Origin: Kiritimatiellia bacterium
GTDB lineage: Bacteria; Verrucomicrobiota; Kiritimatiellia; RFP12; UBA1067
Length of the DNA stretch: 64,000 nucleotides
Assembly (NCBI GenBank): GCA_050949565.1
Contig: JBMNFY010000017.1
Location: 1,472,001-1,536,000 of the forward strand
Direction: 5' to 3'
Both the position numbers and the translations under genes were made by a program. Positions 1 to 9,710 of the stretch are shown in pieces. Below the pieces are notes generated by a model. It saw only the letters and a list, made by a program, of their open reading frames with translations, was not told the DNA's origin and made no database searches. Every line of letters starts with the position of its first letter. The stretch's first letter is position 1.

Positions 1-1010
1 AAGGCGTCTATGCTAACCCGGTCGCTATTGATCCGGTTGCTGATCCCGACGTTCTCAAACGGGTTGAGGTAGGTGACCTCAATCTGCAACTTGTCGTGAA
101 AGAAGGTGTCCAGATGCGGCATAACCGACGAACCACCCGTCAGGAACATCCGGACCGGTGCGTTGCCGCCCTGCTGGCTACGATAAAAGTTAACGGAACG
201 ATTGATTTCGGCGTGCAGACGCGTCACCACGTTGCGCACGATTTTCGAAACCCGCTCGGATGTCTCGTCCTCCGAGACGGTCACCCCGCCCAGCGATACG
301 AAAGCAACCTGCCGTTTCAATGCCTCGGCCTCTTCAAAGGAAATCTGGAAGCTCTTGGCGACCTCTTGCGTGATGGCATTACCGGCCACCGGGATGCAGC
401 GGGTGTAAATTTTCTCGTCTTCAATAAAAATCAGATTGGTCGAACGCGAACCGATATCAAGCAACACCGTGCAGCCGTCCAACTGCGAGTAGTTGTAGCG
501 CAGGCAGTTGTAGAGCGCCATCGGTGCCACATCGACGACCTCGGGCTCCAGCCCCATCTCCACGATGCGGTCGGTAATCTCGCGGACGTTCTCGGTCTTG
601 GCCGCGACGATCATCGCACACTGCTCGCCCATTGTGGCGTCGCCGATGAACTGGTGGTTCCAAACGATCTCGCTCATCGGGAACGGGACGTTCTGCTCCA
701 CCTCGTACTGCACCATCTGGAGCAGTTTGTCCTCGGCGACGGCAGGCAACCGCACGAAACGCGGAAATACCATCTGACCGGAGAGCGAGAGCATCAGCGG
801 CGCGGGGCGGATCCCGCATGTCTTCATGATCTCGCGGATAGCGGACTCCAGATTCGGACCAACACCTGTGTCGGTCTCCGGATTGCCTCCCACCTCGGCC
901 ATGCCGTAGTTGGTCAGCTCCGGCGCGCGCCCGCTCCTGACGGCGAATTCGGCCAATACAACTTTGCTCGCGCCCACATTGAGCGCGAGGATACGATCAG
1001 ACGAGAACAC
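1..1010 (-). CDS. pilM: Type IV pilus assembly protein PilM (actin-like ATPase fold), 3' end runs off the window
   Basis: Not in the ORF track because it is open at the window edge. Manual translation from GTG at 1010 gives MFSSDRILALNVGASKVVLAEF...VFPRFVRLP...YEVEQNVPFPMSEIVW...VLLDIGSRSTNLIF...EINRSVNFYRSQQGG...FLTGGSS...LNPF. Start overlaps the upstream stop (TAGTG). Confidence 0.9.
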   Translation of the reverse strand, partial: MFSSDRILALNVGASKVVLAEFAVRSGRAPELTNYGMAEVGGNPETDTGVGPNLESAIREIMKTCGIRPAPLMLSLSGQMVFPRFVRLPAVAEDKLLQMVQYEVEQNVPFPMSEIVWNHQFIGDATMGEQCAMIVAAKTENVREITDRIVEMGLEPEVVDVAPMALYNCLRYNYSQLDGCTVLLDIGSRSTNLIFIEDEKIYTRCIPVAGNAITQEVAKSFQISFEEAEALKRQVAFVSLGGVTVSEDETSERVSKIVRNVVTRLHAEINRSVNFYRSQQGGNAPVRMFLTGGSSVMPHLDTFFHDKLQIEVTYLNPFENVGISNRINSDRVSIDA

Positions 1011-1696
1011 TATTGCACCACCTCGTAATCGTCCGGGTTAACCAAGGCAAACGGCGTCTTCGAACGCTCCAACAGCCCTGGGCGCCGGACCAAGAACGGA
1101 TTGCCAGCCGCATCGCGCCTGTCCATCACGTTGGTGTCGCGCCACCACTCCTGCGGCAGTTGAATGCCGGTGGCCAGCGCCTCGCTGGCCACCACCTTAC
1201 CGTCCTTACCGGAAATTTCGAGTGCGATCGCGACCGGCTCGCCGTAGCGTTCCACGAGACTCGGCGGCAGAGCCACGCAACTCATGTGGCTGCCTTTCGG
1301 GATGTCGATGTACTTGACCGTCGCGGTGTAGTAACTGTAAATATCCTTGTTGTCGTCATCGCGGCCCTTGGTCATCACGTGGTAGATGAAGGTCAACTCG
1401 TCGGTCCACTTGGCGGAAGTTTCGTACCTCACCTCGAAGAGCGCCCACTCGCGCGGCCTGCGGCTGACTCTGGGCTGGACGTTGTTCACCGAATAGTTGA
1501 ACTCGGGGGTTCTCACCATCGCCGTCTTGCCCGGCGGCGGGAAGCGCGTAATCTTGACCGTCTCCTCTTTCTTGGCCGTGGCCTGCGTAGCCGTACGCTG
1601 ACTCAGCCGCCCGACCTGAGCCACAGCAGACTCAGCCAGACAGAAGAGGGCTGCTACCACACACACCGTTCGCAGAAACGTTTGCTCTCTTTTCAT
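1010..1696 (-). CDS. Secreted pilus-associated protein, Amuc_1102-like
   Basis: Signal peptide (MKREQ...AESAVA); motifs TPEF, W..FEVRY, WTDELTF.YHV, IDIPKG and C-terminal LLERSKTPFA..DDYE; translationally coupled to pilM as in the Akkermansia pilus cluster. ATG 1696 has an upstream GGAG. Confidence 0.7.
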   Translation of the reverse strand: MKREQTFLRTVCVVAALFCLAESAVAQVGRLSQRTATQATAKKEETVKITRFPPPGKTAMVRTPEFNYSVNNVQPRVSRRPREWALFEVRYETSAKWTDELTFIYHVMTKGRDDDNKDIYSYYTATVKYIDIPKGSHMSCVALPPSLVERYGEPVAIALEISGKDGKVVASEALATGIQLPQEWWRDTNVMDRRDAAGNPFLVRRPGLLERSKTPFALVNPDDYEVVQ

Positions 1697-1838
1697 GTCG
1701 ACGATCTCCAATCCGGGCCGAGGGAACCATCCTCTCTACGTCACCCTTTTATCATTTAGCACATCCAATTTAATCACATGCGGCGCAGAATGCAACACAG
1801 AAACACAAATTTTTTCAGGAAATTTTTTCAAGGGCATA

Positions 1839-1870
1839 ACTCCTAACTCCTAAATCCTAACTCCTAAATC
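1839..1870. repeat. Heptamer tandem module (CTCCTAA/ATCCTAA)n
   Basis: aactcctaactcctaaatcctaactcctaaatc; the same unit recurs at 2849, 2988, 37261, 37340, 38907, 47831, 49593, 57756 and 57934. Confidence 0.9.
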
Positions 1871-1982
1871 TTCCTTGGAAGGAGATATCGCATTGCCTCC
1901 AGGGCGGTTTACGTGCCATAATCCCGCCTCACACATGCCGCATGGTCCCGGATGGTCGGGACAACGGCCTGAAGACACAGCT

Positions 1983-2453
1983 ATGATCGCCGATCTCAAT
2001 CCGCTTCATTATTTTACCACCCCTTGGTTCTGGTCCTCTTTCATCGGTTGGACCCTCGCCCAATCGATCAAGATGACCGTCGGCTTTGTCCGGACCCGGA
2101 AGATTGATTTCCGCTACCTGCTCAGCACCGGCGGCATGCCCAGCGCCCACTCTGCCATGGTCTGCGGCCTCTGCACGTCGGTCGGCCTGACCGAGGGATT
2201 CGACTCGCCGGTCGCCGCGCTCGCGCTCGGCATCGCCGCCATCACAATGTTCGACGCCACCAATGTCCGGCGTGCCGCCGGCCATCAGGCGCGCGTGCTC
2301 AACGTGATGATCGAGGAGCTGTTCAAAGAGCATAAGCTACGCCACACGCGCCTCAAGGAATTACTCGGCCACACGCGCAAAGAGGTCTTTGCCGGTATGC
2401 TCGTCGGCATCGCGGTGGCGCTGCTGGTCGTGCACTTCTGGCCGGCCGCGTAA
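1983..2453 (+). CDS. Divergent PAP2 family membrane protein (DUF212-like)
   Basis: Motifs AQ.IK, TGGMPSAHSA, MFDATNVRRAAG.QA.VLN and LKELLGHT..EVFAG. Confidence 0.9.
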   Translation: MIADLNPLHYFTTPWFWSSFIGWTLAQSIKMTVGFVRTRKIDFRYLLSTGGMPSAHSAMVCGLCTSVGLTEGFDSPVAALALGIAAITMFDATNVRRAAGHQARVLNVMIEELFKEHKLRHTRLKELLGHTRKEVFAGMLVGIAVALLVVHFWPAA

Positions 2454-2468
2454 GGCGCTGCTCGGTTT

Positions 2469-2940
2469 AACCACAGAGGCACGGAGGCACAGAGGTTTTT
2501 TGGAGCAACTAAGGGGCAGGTAATTAGACGACCACAAGAGGTTCAAGGGTTCAAGGGTTCAAGAGGTTCATCGGGATCGGGATCGCTATCGGGATCGGAC
2601 AGAACAGACAAAAACAGCGCAGCACTTTTACTCTCGCGGCTGCGGGGCGCTGCGTGGCCCAACAAAGAGAGGCTGACCCGCGACATTCGACCCGCGACCT
2701 GCGGCGGTAGCGATACCGATACCGATAGCGATACCGATAGCGAACTAATGCGGGCGGAGCCCGCAACCCAATTCTTACCACGAAGTCACGAAGGAACACG
2801 AGGGGTCCAAAAACCTCTGTGCCTCCGTGTCTCCGTGGTTCAACAAAAACTCCTAAATCCTTGTCTATAAATTGACAGGATTACATGATTTACATGATTT
2901 TCAGGATTGAATAACATCATGTTAATCATGTAATCATGTC
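2469..2940. repeat. Nested cluster of inverted short-period repeat modules between convergent genes
   Basis: Outer inverted pair AACCACAGAGGCACGGAGGCACAGAGG..GGA (2469-2504) / TCCAAAAACCTCTGTGCCTCCGTGTCTCCGTGGTT (2806-2840) encloses (GGTTCAA)n, (GGGATC)n, (CGATAC/G)n and a GC palindrome at 2745-2769; followed by a GACAGGATTACATGATT...ATCATGTAATCATGTC hairpin at 2875-2940. Confidence 0.85.
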
Positions 2941-2992
2941 CTAAACTTACTCCATGGTTTTTTCGTGGCGAAGCCACGCGGCAGGCTAACTC

Positions 2993-4594
2993 CTAAATCC
3001 GCGCGCTGCGAGGCTGCGCGGCCGCGCGGGTTTCGAAGAGCTTGTGCTCGATGCTGTCCAGCAACGCTTGCCACGACGCCTCGATAATGTTTTCGGAGAC
3101 GCCCACAGTGCTCCACTGGCGTGTGCCGTCGCCGGACTCGATCAGTACGCGCGTCACCGCCCGGGTCGCCTCTTCCGGATCAAGGATGCGCACCCGGTAG
3201 TCCGTCAGCGCGATCTGCTCGATCTCAGGATAGAAGCGCGTCAGGGCCTGGCGTAGCGCCGCGTTGAGCGCGTCAACCGGACCCTGCCCTTCGCCGGCCG
3301 TCAGCCCGGTCACGCCGCCGACCTTGATCTTGACCGTGGCTTCAGAGAGGCACGGCTCTTCGTTGCCGCGCTTCTCGACAATCACGCGGAAGCCCTCTAA
3401 CTCGAAGAAGGGATGGTGCTGGTTGAGCACTTTCTGCAGCAGGATCTTAAAGGAGCCATCCGCCGACTCGTAGGAATAGCCCTGCTCCTCGCGCCGCTTG
3501 ACCTCGTCCAGAATCGCCCGCGCCCGCTCTTTGTCCAATCCGCTGAAATCGGTGCCCAACTCGGCGGCCTTCATCATCACGTTGGACGCGCCCGATAATT
3601 CGGAGACCAGCACATGGCGCTGATTGCCCACCGCCTCGGGGGCGATGTGCTCGAAGGTGCGCGTGTTTTTCTGGATGGCATTGACATGCGCGCCCGCCTT
3701 GTGACTGAAGGCTGAGCGTCCCGTGTAAGGCTGACGCGGGTCCGGCCGCTGATTGGCCAGGTCGTCGGTCACCAGTGAAACCTCGCGCAGCCGGCGCAGC
3801 CGCTCGGCGCCCACGCACTCAAACCCCATCTTCAGTTCGAGCGCGGGGATGATCGTGGTCATGTTGGCGTTACCGGTGCGTTCGCCGTAGCCGTTGATGC
3901 AGCCCTGCACCTGACGCGCACCGGCACGCACGGCTTCCAGCGAACTGGCCACCGCCAACCCGCCGTCATTGTGCGTATGGATGCCGACCTGCGCATCGGG
4001 CAATGCCGCGCACACTGCCTGTGTGATCGTGAAAACCTCGTGCGGCAGGGTACCGCCGTTGGTATCGCAGAGCACCACACCAGCGGCCCCCTCGCGCATC
4101 GCCATCTGTAGCGTGTTCAGCGCATATTCTGGATCATCCTTGTAGCCATCGAAAAAATGCTCGGCATCAAAAAACACGCTCCGCCCCGCCGCCCGCAGGA
4201 AACCCACGGTGTCGGCGATCATCTGCAAGTTGTTCTCGCCGGTGGTGCGTAGCACATCGCGCACGTGCATCAGCCATGATTTGCCGTAGATCGTGACCCA
4301 CTCGGTCTCTGCCGCCAGCAGGCCGGCGAGTTGCGGGTCGCCCTGCGCGTCCAGATCCACGCGCCGCGTGCTGCCGAACGCGACGATGCGGGCGTGCGAC
4401 AATTGCTCCTTGCGGATGTCGTCGAAAAAACGGCGGTCACGCGGGTTTGACCCCGCAAACCCTCCCTCGATAAAATCGACCCCGAACTCATCCAGCAGAT
4501 GCGCGAAACGCACCTTGGCTGTATCCGAGAAGGAGATGCCCTCGCCCTGCGCCCCGTCGCGCAGCGTCGTGTCGTAGATGTAGACTTTTTCCAT
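2993..4594 (-). CDS. cimA: Citramalate synthase
   Basis: YDTTLRDGAQGEG, FIEGG..GSNPRD, FGSTRR, FDAEHFFDGYK, LCDTNGG, HTHND, NGYGERTGNAN, SAFSHKAG.H and a LeuA-type regulatory C-terminus with WSTVGVSENIIEASW. Confidence 0.93.
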   Translation of the reverse strand: MEKVYIYDTTLRDGAQGEGISFSDTAKVRFAHLLDEFGVDFIEGGFAGSNPRDRRFFDDIRKEQLSHARIVAFGSTRRVDLDAQGDPQLAGLLAAETEWVTIYGKSWLMHVRDVLRTTGENNLQMIADTVGFLRAAGRSVFFDAEHFFDGYKDDPEYALNTLQMAMREGAAGVVLCDTNGGTLPHEVFTITQAVCAALPDAQVGIHTHNDGGLAVASSLEAVRAGARQVQGCINGYGERTGNANMTTIIPALELKMGFECVGAERLRRLREVSLVTDDLANQRPDPRQPYTGRSAFSHKAGAHVNAIQKNTRTFEHIAPEAVGNQRHVLVSELSGASNVMMKAAELGTDFSGLDKERARAILDEVKRREEQGYSYESADGSFKILLQKVLNQHHPFFELEGFRVIVEKRGNEEPCLSEATVKIKVGGVTGLTAGEGQGPVDALNAALRQALTRFYPEIEQIALTDYRVRILDPEEATRAVTRVLIESGDGTRQWSTVGVSENIIEASWQALLDSIEHKLFETRAAAQPRSARI

Positions 4595-4608
4595 AGGCTT
4601 CGCCCGCG

Positions 4609-5961
4609 TCAGAAGAACGCTTTGTAGAGCGCTTGCACGGCCTTGGCGCGCTGCTCGGCTTTGACGCCGAACATCATGCTGATTTCGGAAGAGCCCTGGT
4701 TCATCATCTCAATGTTGACCCCGGCGTCGGAGAGCGCCCGGGTGGCCTTGGCGGCCATGCCCACTGTGTAGTAGAGCCCCTCGCCCACCACCATGATCAA
4801 CGCATAGCCGCGTTCGACCAGCACAGCGTCAGGGTTGAGGTCACGCTTGATGCGCTCCACCACGCGGCGCTCGCACTCCGGACTGAAGTTCTTGTCGCGG
4901 ATCACCACGGAGACGTTGTCGATACCCGAGGGCATGTGTTCGTATGAGACGCCTTCCCACTCCAGGATCTGCAACAGGTGACGCCCGAAACCAACCTCGC
5001 GGTTCATCATGTACTTGTCGACAAAGATGTTGCAGAAGCCGTCGTCGCTCGCGATGCCCACGACACATCCCGCCAGCACACGGCGCGTCTGCACGATCAT
5101 CGTGCCCGGCTCTTCGGGCCGGTTGGTGTTGCGCACGTTGATCGGCACGCCGGCCTTGATCGCCGGGACGACCGCCTCGTCGTGGAAAACACCGAACCCG
5201 GCATAGGAAAGCTCACGCATCTCACGGTAGGTCATCACCGGTATCCCGGACTTGACCTCCGGCACCAGACGCGGGTCGACCGGATAGACCGAGTCGACAT
5301 CCGTGAAATTCTCGTAGACACTGGCCTTGACCGCCGCCGCCAAGATCGCTCCGGTAATGTCCGAACCGCCACGCGGGAAGGTCGCCACCTGGCCCTCTTT
5401 TGTATAACCGAAAAACCCGGGGAAGATCACCAGCTCATCATGGTCGATCAACGTCTTGGCGATGTTCTGATACGATTCGTCAAGCAGCCGCGCGTTGTCG
5501 TAGTCATTCGTCAGATACATGCCGGCATCCTGGGGGCTCATATACGTCGCACGCGCGCCGCGTGACTGGAAGGCCTGGGCCACCAGCTTGGCGCTGTTAT
5601 CCTCGCCGGCCGCCTTCATGCTGGCCAGAAAAATGCCGCGGTGCGACTTGTCGCCCGCCAGGCGGAAGCGCAGGTCTTTTTCGATTTCGGCGGTGATGCC
5701 GTCCGGCAGACCCAACTCACGCTGGATTTCAGCATAGCGTTCCACAATAGCGGCGAGTGCCGCCTCGTAATCTCCGTCCACCAGCGCCAGTTCAGCGCAC
5801 GCCATCAGCAGATCGGTGACCTTGACGTCGTCCTTTGTGCGTTTGCCTGGTGCCGACACGACCACGATGCGGCGCTCCGGATCGGCCAGCACGATATCCA
5901 CAATCTTGGCCACTTGCTCCGCGTTGGCGAGTGATGTCCCGCCGAATTTACATACCTTCAT
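4609..5961 (-). CDS. lysC: Aspartate kinase with two ACT domains
   Basis: KFGGTSLA, VVVSAPGKR, PGFFG, TFPRGGSDITG, FTDVD, TYREMRELSYAGF, NIEMMNQGSSEISMMFG. Confidence 0.93.
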   Translation of the reverse strand: MKVCKFGGTSLANAEQVAKIVDIVLADPERRIVVVSAPGKRTKDDVKVTDLLMACAELALVDGDYEAALAAIVERYAEIQRELGLPDGITAEIEKDLRFRLAGDKSHRGIFLASMKAAGEDNSAKLVAQAFQSRGARATYMSPQDAGMYLTNDYDNARLLDESYQNIAKTLIDHDELVIFPGFFGYTKEGQVATFPRGGSDITGAILAAAVKASVYENFTDVDSVYPVDPRLVPEVKSGIPVMTYREMRELSYAGFGVFHDEAVVPAIKAGVPINVRNTNRPEEPGTMIVQTRRVLAGCVVGIASDDGFCNIFVDKYMMNREVGFGRHLLQILEWEGVSYEHMPSGIDNVSVVIRDKNFSPECERRVVERIKRDLNPDAVLVERGYALIMVVGEGLYYTVGMAAKATRALSDAGVNIEMMNQGSSEISMMFGVKAEQRAKAVQALYKAFF

Positions 5962-5981
5962 CGCCACATCCACTCCCTCTG

Positions 5982-7289
5982 CTAGATCATTCTCAGTTTA
6001 ACCGGCTCTTCATTCAGTACGCCCGCGGCCCGGATTTCGCGCAGCGCCGCGTCCATCTCTGCGCCTTTAGCCGGATGTGTCAGGATCACCACCGGCACAT
6101 ATCCGGCATCGGCCGCCAACTCAGCGGGCGGCTCTTGCTGCGTGGCCGCCAGGATGCTCACGCCGTGACGGCCGAGAATGGTCGTCATCGTGCCCAGCGA
6201 ACCGGCCTTGTCCAGCACCATCAACCGCACGTAGTAGCGGCTGACAATCTCTGCGGCGGGGCGCACGCGCAACTGACCCTGATTGGCCGTACACACGCCG
6301 CGCCGATAGCGCGACCGGCCCGACATCAGGTTGCGCGCGATGTCGCCGATATCGCCGATCACGGTGCTGGCCGTAGGTTCGCGTCCGGCCCCGCGCCCGT
6401 AATAGAGCGTATCGCCGCTGAGGTCGCCGTGCACCATCGCCGCGTTGAACACTTGGTTCACCGAAGCCAGCATGTGCGTGAGCGGCACCAGCGTGGGATG
6501 CACGCGCACCTCCACCTCGCCGGCATCGCGCTTGACCACGGCCAGCAGCTTGATGCGGTATCCGAACCCGGCCGCGAATTTGACGTCCATGCCCGACAGA
6601 TTGCGGATGCCCTCCACCAGCACCTGATCCAGCGGCACGTGAAAGCCGTACGCCAGCGAAGCCAGAATGACCGCCTTGTGCGCCGTATCCAGCCCATCGA
6701 TATCCAAGGCTGGATCGGCTTCGGCATAACCGGCCTTCTGCGCCTCTTTCAACACTTTGGCAAACGGCAACCCCTCGCGCTCCATGCGTGTCAGGATGTA
6801 ATTGCAGGTGCCGTTGAGAATCCCGTGGATGCTCTGGATCTCATTGCCCGCCAGCCCCTCGCGCAACACGCGGATGATCGGGATGCCGCCGCCCACGCTC
6901 GCACCGAAATAGATGTCTACGCCGTTCTTCTCGGCGGCGCCGAAAATCTCCTCGCCGCATTCAGCCAGCAGCTTCTTGTTGGCCGTGACCACCGACTTGC
7001 CGGCATTCAGCGCGGCCAGCACGAAGGTTTTAGCCACACCGGTGCCGCCGATGAGTTCCACGACGATCTGGATGGCGGGGTCATTGATGATCGTCATCGC
7101 GTCGGTCGTCAGCAACGCAGGATCGACCTTCACACCACGGTCAGTCGTGATGTCGACATCCGCGATACGCTTGAGCACGGTCTCAACGCCCAGCCGCTGC
7201 GCCATCACCTTGCGGTTGCGCTGCAGGCCGTCCACGACGCCCGCGCCCACAGTCCCGAATCCGATAAGCCCTACACCGATCTGCTTCAT
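5982..7289 (-). CDS. hom: Homoserine dehydrogenase with C-terminal ACT domain
   Basis: GLIGFGTVGAG, VELIGG, VVTANK, SVGGGIP, GILNGTCNYIL, GYAEADP, YGRGAG..PTAS. Confidence 0.95.
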   Translation of the reverse strand: MKQIGVGLIGFGTVGAGVVDGLQRNRKVMAQRLGVETVLKRIADVDITTDRGVKVDPALLTTDAMTIINDPAIQIVVELIGGTGVAKTFVLAALNAGKSVVTANKKLLAECGEEIFGAAEKNGVDIYFGASVGGGIPIIRVLREGLAGNEIQSIHGILNGTCNYILTRMEREGLPFAKVLKEAQKAGYAEADPALDIDGLDTAHKAVILASLAYGFHVPLDQVLVEGIRNLSGMDVKFAAGFGYRIKLLAVVKRDAGEVEVRVHPTLVPLTHMLASVNQVFNAAMVHGDLSGDTLYYGRGAGREPTASTVIGDIGDIARNLMSGRSRYRRGVCTANQGQLRVRPAAEIVSRYYVRLMVLDKAGSLGTMTTILGRHGVSILAATQQEPPAELAADAGYVPVVILTHPAKGAEMDAALREIRAAGVLNEEPVKLRMI

Positions 7290-7387
7290 ACCCTTTGCCT
7301 TCCTGTGGCTGTCAAAAAAACGAAGGCTATAGGGTAGTAAAAAACAGGAAGAGGAACAAGCTTAAGACGAAGCCGAAGATCGGTTAG

Positions 7388-7670
7388 CCTAAAAAGAGCA
7401 GTTGAACCGTCAACTCTCTTTGGTTTCTGGTTTCAAGGCTTCATGGTTTCATCCAAATCGGGATCGGGATCGCTATCGGGATCGATTGTTTAACCACGGA
7501 ACACACCGAACACACGGAAAGGCATGGCTCTGTTTCCGTGTGTTTAGTGTGTTCCGTGGTTCCAATCAGAAATTGCGTTCTGCACCAAACAGGTGCGGCG
7601 AGGATCGCGATGAAAGCCAATGTTTACGCGGCTTTGCTCAAAATCCGTACGCCCAACTGCCGTTTTTAGG
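7388..7670 (+). mobile_element. MITE-like element with imperfect 17-bp terminal inverted repeats and internal tandem modules
   Basis: Left end CCTAAAAAGAGCAGTTG (7388), right end CAACTGCCGTTTTTAGG (7654-7670), 15/17 inverted match. Its first ~145 bp recur inverted at 36498-36636. Confidence 0.7.
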
Positions 7671-7715
7671 GTTAGTGACAGGGGGTGCGAGTCGGGCGTT
7701 TCTGGTGAAAAGGGG
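7670..7715 (+). repeat. End of a second MITE family (GGTTAGTGACAGGGGGTGCGAGTCG...)
   Basis: 7670-7694 is the exact reverse complement of 14581-14605; the following GCGTTTCTGGTGAAAAGGGG also occurs at 14510-14529. Confidence 0.8.
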
Positions 7716-7840
7716 GGCAGGGAGTCGGGAGCGTGGGCGTCCTCGCCCGCAACAACGTGTCTCGCAAAAGGCTGATGCTTACACATACTCGTTTTTAGGT
7801 TTTTTGACAGGATTTACATGATTAACATGATTTGACAACA

Positions 7841-8160
7841 CTAAGGGACAGGTGTTTTGGCCACGCTAAAAATGCCCAAGTTATGGGCAAGGAAAGGAGC
7901 ACGGACATTCCTGTCCGTGCCACGGGTTGGAAAACCCGTGCCCCTGTTTTAATGCCAAGTTATAGGCAAGACGATTGATTTAGACGATTCTCAAGTGGCG
8001 TGGCTCGCGGAGCGCTGGGAGGGACGAGCGTTGCTCGTCCGGGCGGCGTTTCACGCCGCCACACGGGCAAGATGCCCGTGCCACACAGCCCGGCACCTGC
8101 AACTAGGGGACAGGTATTTAGACCCCCAAAAAACCTTCGTGCCCTTTGTGCCTTTGTGTG
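7841..8160. repeat. Cluster of REP-like palindromes and short direct repeats downstream of uxaC
   Basis: Direct repeats CTAAGGGACAGGTGTTT/CTAGGGGGACAGGTATTT and CCAAGTTAT(G/A)GGCAAG; palindromes CACGGACATTCCTGTCCGTG, GGACGAGCGTTGCTCGTCC and CACGGGCAAGATGCCCGTG, the last two also seen at 46311, 45290 and 57827. Confidence 0.75.
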
Positions 8161-8177
8161 AGAAAAAACTCCTGCCT

Positions 8178-9596
8178 CTAGCCGATTATGTCGAAGCCGA
8201 AGTACCGCACCGCATTGCGGTAGCAGATGTCTTTGACGATCTCGCCGACCCACGGGATGTCGTCGGGAATCCTGCCGTCCGTAATGTCGCCGCCCAGCAG
8301 ATTACAGAGGATGCGGCGGAAGTATTCGTGGCGCGTATAGCTTAGGAAAGAGCGGCTATCCGTCAGCATGCCGACGAAACGGCTGAGCAGCCCGAGTTGC
8401 GAGAGCGCCTCTAACTGGCGCAACATGCCATCGCGCTGATCGTTGAACCACCAGCCGCTGCCGAACTGCATGCGGCCGGCCACCGGACCGCGCTGGAAAT
8501 TGCCGATCATCGTGCCGACCACTTCGTTGTCGCGCGGATTGAGCGTATAGATCACGACGCGCGGCAGGGCGTCTGCCTGCTCCAGCCGGTCAAACAGTCG
8601 CGCCATAGGCACCGCCACGTTCCAGTCGCCGATGCTGTCGAATCCGGTGTCCGGGCCGAGCGCCTCGAACATCCGAGTGTTGTTGTTGCGCAGAGCGCCG
8701 TAGTGGATCTGGGCGCTCCAATCACTGCGCGCGTCCATACTCAGCGCTTCAAACAAAAACGCCGAACGGAACGCGGCGATCTCATCAGCCGTGGCGGTGC
8801 CGCCTTGGCGTACACGCGCGAAGAGTTCGCGGATCGCGGCATCGCGGTAGGGCGTGGCATAGAGCGTATCCAGCCCGTAGTCGGAAAGACAACAACCGTT
8901 CTGCGCAAAGAAGTCGTGGCGCTTCTGCAAAGCGCAGAGCAGGTCGTCCCACGTCGCGACCGGCATGGCTGCGGCGGCGGCGAGCCGATCCAGCCACGCA
9001 TTCCAAAAGGCGGGCCGGTCGATGGCCAGCGCCTTGTCCGGACGCCAGGTGGGCAGAACCTGCACCTCAAAGCCCGAGGCCTTCACCGCCGCATGGTGTT
9101 CGAGCGTGTCACAGGGATCGTCCGTGGTGCAGACCAGCCGCACGTTGCTGCGCGTCATCAGGCCACGCGCGCTGAAAGCGGGCTCTGCCAGACGTTCGGC
9201 GGTCGTCGACCAGACCGCCTCCGCCGTGGCGGGCGTCAGCAGATCGTAAATGTCGAAATAGCGCGCGAGTTCAAGCTGCGACCAATCGAAGAGCGGGTTG
9301 CGCAACAGGTAGGGCATGGTTTCGGCGAACTTCTGGAACTTCTCGCGGTCGGGCGCGTCGCCGGTGATAAAGCGCTCGTCGATCCCGTTGGAGCGCATGG
9401 CGCGCCACTTATAGTGGTCGCCGCCGAGCCACACCTGCGCCATATTCTCCCAGCGCTTGTCTTGCGCGATCTCCGCCGGCGGCAGGTGGCAGTGGTAGTC
9501 AATGATCGGCATCTGCGCGGCGTAGCCGTGATACAACTCGCACGCCGCCGGGCTCTGAAGTAAAAAATCGTCGTGGATAAAAGGTTTTGCAGTCAT
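8178..9596 (-). CDS. uxaC: Glucuronate (uronate) isomerase
   Basis: PIIDYHCHL, WLGGDHYKWRAMR, NPLFDW..LEL, CTTDDP, PTWRPDK, GPDTGFDSI, GSGWWFND, FVGMLTDSRSFLSYTRHEYFRRILC. Confidence 0.97.
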   Translation of the reverse strand: MTAKPFIHDDFLLQSPAACELYHGYAAQMPIIDYHCHLPPAEIAQDKRWENMAQVWLGGDHYKWRAMRSNGIDERFITGDAPDREKFQKFAETMPYLLRNPLFDWSQLELARYFDIYDLLTPATAEAVWSTTAERLAEPAFSARGLMTRSNVRLVCTTDDPCDTLEHHAAVKASGFEVQVLPTWRPDKALAIDRPAFWNAWLDRLAAAAAMPVATWDDLLCALQKRHDFFAQNGCCLSDYGLDTLYATPYRDAAIRELFARVRQGGTATADEIAAFRSAFLFEALSMDARSDWSAQIHYGALRNNNTRMFEALGPDTGFDSIGDWNVAVPMARLFDRLEQADALPRVVIYTLNPRDNEVVGTMIGNFQRGPVAGRMQFGSGWWFNDQRDGMLRQLEALSQLGLLSRFVGMLTDSRSFLSYTRHEYFRRILCNLLGGDITDGRIPDDIPWVGEIVKDICYRNAVRYFGFDIIG

Positions 9597-9710
9597 GGTT
9601 CCATGGTATCCTAACGGCTGACGCCGGGTCAATGAAACCGACGTTTACTTTTTAGACCAGCCCCCTCCCACCCTCGAACGAAATCCATCCCTTGCGATGG
9701 GATTGTGCTG

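Noticed and set aside
96-1028. 310-aa plus-strand ORF
   Set aside because: Antisense shadow of pilM, which has clear motifs on the minus strand.
2469-2940. Possible CRISPR array
   Set aside because: Units are 6-9 nt tandem or inverted, with no constant repeat separated by unique spacers and no cas genes.
5835-7337. 500-aa plus-strand ORF and similar long antisense ORFs (17543-19369, 41634-43028, 39326-40402, 28596-29621)
   Set aside because: Antisense shadows of well-supported genes, expected in high-GC DNA; no recognisable motifs.
7402-7821. Small ORFs with RDRDRYRDR or RYRYRY tracts (also 2551-2799, 36308-36622)
   Set aside because: Translations of the hexamer repeat modules, not credible proteins.
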